From IMG/VR virus record IMGVR_UViG_3300041409_000623, positions 3,547 through 67,546 of that record: a stretch of 64,000 nucleotides of DNA; one strand, 5' to 3'. Under the pieces are notes generated by a model. The model saw only the letters and a program-made list of their open reading frames with translations, was not told the DNA's origin and searched no databases. The position numbers and the translations under genes are program-made. Position 1 is the first letter of the stretch, and each line of letters opens with the position of its first letter. Source of the stretch: a virus. This document shows positions 58,784 through 64,000 of this stretch, one piece after another.

Positions 58784-60205
58784 ATGGCTTGGACGACTCC
58801 GTATACGCCGACGCCTGGCTTGCTGATGACGGCCGCAGTTTGGGACGTCCAGATCCGCGACAACTTTAACTTGCTGAAGACGTCGATCGACAACACCGGC
58901 ACGCTCTGGTCCGGCAAGGTCAACGCGTCGGCCGGAGGCATGTCGGTCGACGGCGCGACGCCGTCGACGCACGGCATCGCCTTTCCTGCGGCCACGCCTG
59001 GCGTTACGACGTCGAACCTTTATTCTCCGGACGGCGTGGCGCTCTGGTTCAACGGAACGCAGCTCGCGACGGGTTCAAGCGTCAGCGGCACGACGGGCAA
59101 GATCGCGAAGTTCACCGGATCGACGTCGCTCGGGAACTCGATCATCACCGAGTCTGGATCGGTCGTCACGGTCAGCGGTGCACTAGTCGCAGGTACTATC
59201 CATCTAGACGACGCGCTGCCAGCGACCACGAACGCAGCGCTCTACATCACCGGCTCCTCGGGCGCGACCATCGGCACGGTCTACATCGGAGGCGGTTCTG
59301 GTTTCTCGCTGCTCTTCGCCAAGCGCAGTTTGACGGTCGACACGACGCTGTTCACGATGGCCGACAGCGGGAACTTCACTTCGATCGGTTCCATCACGGC
59401 CACTGGCGGATTCGTCGGGAGCGTGAACACGTTCGGTCGCTCGGTCTTCTACAGCGACGGCGGCAACGCGGCACCCGTCGTCGCGATGGGACTTGGCGGC
59501 GCACTTTCGCTCTTCACCGTCGCCACGTTCAACGCGACGTCCGGCGCAGCCTACGTCGGGTGGAACATGCGGTCGGCGTCCGACGCGCTCGACACCTCGA
59601 AATATATCGTCAGTGACTTCGCGACGAAGATCGAAGGACACGTCGGATCGTTCACGTTCTACACGGCGCCGTCGGGCACCGCTGGCAACGTGATCACGTG
59701 GACGGCGGTCGTCAAGATTCACAACTCGCATGGCGTCTCGGTTGGCGACACGACGGATCCAGGCGCGACGAATTTCCGCGTTGCAGGCACGAGCGCGCTC
59801 GTCGGGAACGTGACGGCGAGCGGCACGTTGACGGTCAACACGGCCGGTGGAAACGTGTCGTGGGGCACCTACTCGCCATCTCTCACCGGAGTGACGAACA
59901 TTGGCAGCACGAACACCGTGTCTGGGCTGTATCTCAGGGTCGGAAATACCGTAACGGTTAGCGGCACGGTGGAGCTGACGACGACGGCTGCCGGATCGAC
60001 TCTCAGTGAAATCGATCTCAGCTTGCCGATCGCGAGCAATTTTTCGGCGGCATCGGATGCGGCTGGCACGTTCGCGAACTCCGCAGACGATGAAAGCGGA
60101 GAGGTCTCCGCTGACGCCACAAATGACCGCTTGCGCCTGCGCTGGAAATCGAAACAAACGACCATCAGGACGTTCTTCTTCAACTGCACATATAAGGTCC
60201 AATAA
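58784..60205 (+). CDS. tail fiber / receptor-binding protein
   Basis: MAWTTP...QIRDN N-terminus; C-terminal GTYSP...YLRVGNTVTV...LSLPI. Confidence 0.75.
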   Translation: MAWTTPYTPTPGLLMTAAVWDVQIRDNFNLLKTSIDNTGTLWSGKVNASAGGMSVDGATPSTHGIAFPAATPGVTTSNLYSPDGVALWFNGTQLATGSSVSGTTGKIAKFTGSTSLGNSIITESGSVVTVSGALVAGTIHLDDALPATTNAALYITGSSGATIGTVYIGGGSGFSLLFAKRSLTVDTTLFTMADSGNFTSIGSITATGGFVGSVNTFGRSVFYSDGGNAAPVVAMGLGGALSLFTVATFNATSGAAYVGWNMRSASDALDTSKYIVSDFATKIEGHVGSFTFYTAPSGTAGNVITWTAVVKIHNSHGVSVGDTTDPGATNFRVAGTSALVGNVTASGTLTVNTAGGNVSWGTYSPSLTGVTNIGSTNTVSGLYLRVGNTVTVSGTVELTTTAAGSTLSEIDLSLPIASNFSAASDAAGTFANSADDESGEVSADATNDRLRLRWKSKQTTIRTFFFNCTYKVQ

Positions 60206-60290
60206 ACAGCTTTACTTTTCAGGCCGTCGCGAGTTATGATCGCCATGCGTCCGAGGAATATCCCGAAGGCCGCTTTTTGAGGTTTGTCAA

Positions 60291-60644
60291 ATGAAACGCA
60301 TGTCGTTCGCTCTCGTCGCCCTGGCCCTGTCCGCGTCGCTGTCCGCTCAGACGACGTCTCCCGTCACTCAGTGGGGTTTGCCCGGCGACGTCCCGGTCGC
60401 AGGCGACTTCGACGGAGACGGTGCGGCAGACATCGCCGTGTTCCGTCCTTCGACCAGCACGTGGTTCATTCGCTTCTCGTCGCACTACACGGAGCGTCGT
60501 CCCGTTGCGGTGCAGTTCGGGCTGACCGGCGACGTGCCGATGCCCGGCGACTACGACGGTGACGGCAAGACGGACGTCGCCGTCTACCGACCATCGACCG
60601 GTACGTGGTTCATTCGATTCTCGTCTCTGCCGGAGAACTTCTGA
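60291..60644 (+). CDS. secreted FG-GAP/VCBS repeat protein
   Basis: signal peptide; two GD[FY]DGDG..D[IV]AV[FY][12 protein letters not shown] repeats. Confidence 0.85.
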   Translation: MKRMSFALVALALSASLSAQTTSPVTQWGLPGDVPVAGDFDGDGAADIAVFRPSTSTWFIRFSSHYTERRPVAVQFGLTGDVPMPGDYDGDGKTDVAVYRPSTGTWFIRFSSLPENF

Positions 60645-60655
60645 AAGGATGACCG

Positions 60656-61036
60656 ATGATCAAGGTACTGCACTTCGACGATAACGACGTCAGCCGCGAC
60701 CGATTCACGCTGCTCTACCAGGGTCTGTGCCTGTCGACGAAGGGTCAGCAGGCGCGCGACTTCAAGCAGTTGAAGAAGGAGGGCGCGTTGCGCAGGAAGT
60801 TCGAGGCGGTCAGCATGCCGAGCGCGCCGCCTCCGAACCGCTTTCAGTTCGTCGAGCGCGTGCCTATCCTCCCCATGCAGATCGAGGTCGACCAGGAAGA
60901 CCTCGATCTGCTCAAGGACTACTGCACGGCTGTCGCATGGACGCCGATGGTGTCGGACCTCGTGGTCGACGCCGTCGAGTGGGCGTGGGGCGCACCGGAG
61001 AAAGAGCGCGCGCTCAGAGAGGCGGCGCGCTCGTGA
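60656..61036 (+). CDS. hypothetical protein
   Basis: AAGGA RBS. Confidence 0.6.
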   Translation: MIKVLHFDDNDVSRDRFTLLYQGLCLSTKGQQARDFKQLKKEGALRRKFEAVSMPSAPPPNRFQFVERVPILPMQIEVDQEDLDLLKDYCTAVAWTPMVSDLVVDAVEWAWGAPEKERALREAARS

Positions 61037-62467
61037 GCACCGCCCTACGCATCAAAGTCAGCGAGCGCGTCGACGGACCGGACCCGAACGCCGGTCCCGT
61101 CATACCGACGGCGACCGTCACCGTGCATCGCGTCACGAAGGTCGACGGTGCAGGGCTGGCCAACGTCGACGTGGTTGACGTCACGGTGGAGGCGCCCGGT
61201 TACGAGTCCTACGTCTCGCAGCCCTACAATCTCAGCACCGCCCTGGCGCCGCCTGGGCAGGCCGAGCCGCCCATCACTCGGGTGTCTCTTCGGCGTCTCT
61301 AAAGGACGGCCGGGCACGCCACCGGCAACGCTTCGGTTTCCCGTCGAACGAGGATGGCTTCGCCGCGACGGCCGCGTCTTTCGCGACGAGGCAGGCGCCG
61401 TCTGGAGCTGGCGCGGCATGTCGGCCTTCCTGCTGTTCTACCGCTACTTGATCGGCGAAGACGTCACGCCGCAGCTTGAACAGTACCAGGCGCTCGGCGC
61501 GAACGTGCTGCGCGTTTTCCTCATGGTCGGGTGGGACAACCTGTCGCCGAGGTTCTTCCCGAACGACTTCCCGGACTACTGGCAGCGTCTCGACGAGTTC
61601 TTGACCGTCTGCGCGCTGCGCGAGATTCGCGTCGAGCTGACCATCTTCGCCGACGCGCAAATCGTGATGCCGCGCGAAGGCGACCAGGTGGCGTTCGTCG
61701 CGCAAGTCTCGCAGCGCGTCTCCGGGTTCTGGAACGTGTTCCTCGAAACGTGCAACGAGCCATTCAAGAACGGCGTCGACGTGACGCGCGTCGTGCCGCC
61801 GTCCGACGGCTACCTGCGCGCGAGCGGGAAGTACGACCTGCCGGACAACACCATCGGGGCGCCGGGTCCGAACCTGCATCTCTTCAGGCTCGACTACGTG
61901 ACGATCCACACCGAGCGCAAGGACGAATGGCCGCGCACGGCGAAAGACCTGCAGGAGTACCGCGACGGGTACAACGGCGATGGTCGCACGTTTCGCGGCC
62001 TCGACCCGTGCGACTGCCCGTGCGTCGGCGACGAGCCGATGGGCGCCGATGAAGTCGACAAGCCGGGCAGTCGCTCGAACGTGCCGGACGACTTCCGATA
62101 CTACGCGGCGACGGCCGCGTTGATGGGCGCTGGCGCGACCTTCCACTCGACCGACGGGCTGAACGCCGCGCTGCTGCGACCGGTTCAGTACGCGTGCGCG
62201 TGGGAGTTCTTCACGGCGTTTCTCTTCGTGCCGCCAGCGGCGCAGATCGCGCCGTACCAGCGCGGCTCGGAGTTCGGCGGACCCGGCGTCGGGAACATGC
62301 CGATGGAGCACGTCGACGTGAAGGCGCTGCGCACGTTCTGCAAGCAGGTCGACGGCGTGGAGTACTGCGTCGCCATTCGGCCGACGGCGGACTGGCAGGC
62401 GGTCGGTCGCGACGGCTGGCGCGTCGTCGAGGAGCCTGCGCGCGGGTTGGTGAAGTTGCAGCGGTAA
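61033..62467 (+). CDS. Ig-like N-domain + clan GH-A (GH5-like) glycoside hydrolase, apparently split by a frameshift near 61300
   Basis: VTVEAPGY; LRRDGRVFRDEAG, LGANVLRVF, CNEP (acid/base), GDEP (nucleophile-like). Confidence 0.65.
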
Positions 62468-62478
62468 AAGGAGGAAGC

Positions 62479-62892
62479 ATGAAGAAGACCATCGTCGTCT
62501 TTTCGTCGTTGTTCTTGGTCTACGCGGTCGCGATCCTTACGGTGCTCTCGGCCTTGTCTACGTCGTCGTGCGCGAAGGCGCCGCCGAACCTCTCACCCTC
62601 TGGCGTCGCCGCCTTCCACGGCACGCAGGTCGTCAAGGCGCTGGACCTGGTGCGAGACACGGCCATCGTCGCCGAGATGCAGCAGCCGCCGCTGGTGCGC
62701 ACGGAGACCGCTCGGGCGATCATCGTCTGGCACCGAGCGGCCGTCATGACCATCGGCGCGTCGCCAGGCGGGTGGAAGCCGACCGTCTCGGCCGGTCTCG
62801 ACGCGATCGACCGCGCGCTCTCGGACTCGGAGCGCGCGACGCTGACTCCATACATCGCCTTGGCCCGAACGCTCATCGCGGAGGTGCAGTGA
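62479..62892 (+). CDS. lipoprotein-like membrane protein (lysis region)
   Basis: MKK + hydrophobic stretch + TSSC. Confidence 0.55.
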   Translation: MKKTIVVFSSLFLVYAVAILTVLSALSTSSCAKAPPNLSPSGVAAFHGTQVVKALDLVRDTAIVAEMQQPPLVRTETARAIIVWHRAAVMTIGASPGGWKPTVSAGLDAIDRALSDSERATLTPYIALARTLIAEVQ

Positions 62893-63092
62893 TGGTAACG
62901 AACCTTCAACCGCTCGTCGGCGTTGCGATTCAGATCCTGCCGGACATCATCGCCATGCTGCGCACGAAGGCAGCGACGGCCGATCCGTCTGCACCTGCCG
63001 TCGACGATGCGACGGCGCTCGCTGCGTTGATGTCTGCCGTGGCATCGAGCGTTGCGAAGGACGACCGGTGGCTGGCGGCCCACCCGAAGTGA
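62892..63092 (+). CDS. small hypothetical protein (lysis region)
   Basis: coupled start and stop. Confidence 0.5.
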   Translation: MVTNLQPLVGVAIQILPDIIAMLRTKAATADPSAPAVDDATALAALMSAVASSVAKDDRWLAAHPK

Positions 63093-63577
63093 CCGACGCG
63101 GAGGTGTTCGCCGCACTCGACGACCGTCGCACGCTGGCGCTGACTGCGTGGGCCGAGGCACGCAGGATTCCGCGCGGCGACCACAGTCCCGTCGAGGAGT
63201 TGATCGCGGTGATGTGCGTCGTGCGGAACCGCCGTCCGAGGTTCGCGCGCTGGCGCGCGGTGAACTCCAGCTACAAGGCCATCTGCCTCGCGCCGCGCCA
63301 GTTCTCGTGCTGGAACTCTGGGTCCGGCTCGAACCACGACGCGCTCATGACGCTGGCGAAGGCGGTCATCGCGAATCAGCCGACGCCTGCGAGAACACAG
63401 TTCGACGAGTGCTTGTATCTGGCCGACGGCGTCATCACTGGAGCGATCATCGACCGCACGGGAGGCGCGGACAGTTACTACGCGCCTGCGGCGATGGAGC
63501 CGCCGAACCGCGTGCCTGCAGGCGCTATCGGCAGGCCGATGACGACGGTCGGTGATCAACTGTTCTACGTCGCCTGA
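63089..63577 (+). CDS. SleB/Hydrolase_2-type cell wall hydrolase (endolysin)
   Basis: LALTAWAEAR, AVMCVVRNR, QFSCWN, TGGADSYY, VGDQLFY. Confidence 0.88.
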   Translation: MTDAEVFAALDDRRTLALTAWAEARRIPRGDHSPVEELIAVMCVVRNRRPRFARWRAVNSSYKAICLAPRQFSCWNSGSGSNHDALMTLAKAVIANQPTPARTQFDECLYLADGVITGAIIDRTGGADSYYAPAAMEPPNRVPAGAIGRPMTTVGDQLFYVA

Positions 63578-63579
63578 AT

Positions 63580-63843
63580 CTATCGCTTCGCGATCACCGA
63601 GCTTAGTCCGGCGATCATCGCCTCGAGCTTTGCACGGCGCTCCTTCATGTCGACGAGCGCCGACTGCAAGGCGATGATGCTGCGGTCTGTCTCCTGCGCC
63701 TCGAACTGCAGGATGCGACGCTTGCTTCCAACGACGACGCTGTTCGCGTGCGCGAAGTCCTGTGCGATAGCGTCCGAGAGCTGCTCGAGCTTCGTGGGAC
63801 GTCTGTGGACTTGCTTGCCGTCGATAACGGTCGCTTTTGCCAT
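63580..63843 (-). CDS. hypothetical coiled-coil protein
   Basis: GAGGA RBS; convergent with lysin. Confidence 0.6.
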   Translation of the reverse strand: MAKATVIDGKQVHRRPTKLEQLSDAIAQDFAHANSVVVGSKRRILQFEAQETDRSIIALQSALVDMKERRAKLEAMIAGLSSVIAKR

Positions 63844-63870
63844 GAACGTGTTCCTCAAAAGGTAAAGGTT

Positions 63871-64000
63871 TGCCACCAGACCGACGACGACCACGGGGAG
63901 CGGACCGTTGCCGGTGCAGGATTGCCACTTTCGTCGGCCTACCTTCCGACGAGAGCGCTGGTGACAAATGTCGAAAGCGGACGAGGCGCAATCTACTCCC
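63871..64000. ncRNA. candidate structured RNA, possibly truncated by window edge
   Basis: nested helices GGGAG/CTCCC, GATTGC/GCAATC, TCGTCGG/CCGACGA, ACCG-4 nt-CGGT and a 9-bp crossing pairing. Confidence 0.4.

Noticed and set aside
28200-63991. Long antisense ORFs (e.g. 30124-31935, 36158-37534, 52454-54607)
   Set aside because: Shadow frames of high-GC coding genes; Arg/Ala-rich with no motifs.
1-64000. tRNA genes, integrase/att site, reverse transcriptase or DGR
   Set aside because: No cloverleaf, recombinase or RT motifs, and no template/variable repeat pair recognised by eye; a tRNAscan and HMM run would be needed to exclude them firmly.

Overview
High-GC tailed dsDNA bacteriophage (siphovirus-like) genome segment, open at both ends, with no integrase or repressor recognisable in the window. 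Left arm (1-24.6 kb, minus strand) carries early and replication genes: truncated SF1 helicase, SNF2 helicase, SMC/SbcC-like ATPase, DEDDh exonuclease, NDT-like hydrolase, MazG-like protein, a phage-encoded beta sliding clamp, VRR-NUC nuclease, N4C/N6A methyltransferase, a 1094-aa fusion of a SAM-dependent DNA-methyltransferase-like domain to a proofreading-degenerate family A DNA polymerase, a fold-type II PLP enzyme, a Topo VI-A-like protein and many small ORFs driven by a repeated, apparently leaderless promoter. Right arm (plus strand) carries a GIY-YIG protein, primase-helicase, a TTATCG repeat region, terminase, portal and head genes, a block of accessory virion proteins including a Ser/Ala/Gly repeat-LamG protein, a 6.5-kb cassette of five glycosyltransferases, a methyltransferase and a B12-radical SAM enzyme inserted among neck genes, tail genes with a -1 frameshifting chaperone, and a lysis region. 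The best candidates for new biology are the MTase-PolA fusion plus PLP enzyme (possible replication-coupled DNA hypermodification) and the glycosylation/radical-SAM cassette (possible virion modification). All functional calls come from motif recognition by eye; no searches were run. Four apparent single-base frameshifts suggest possible assembly indels.
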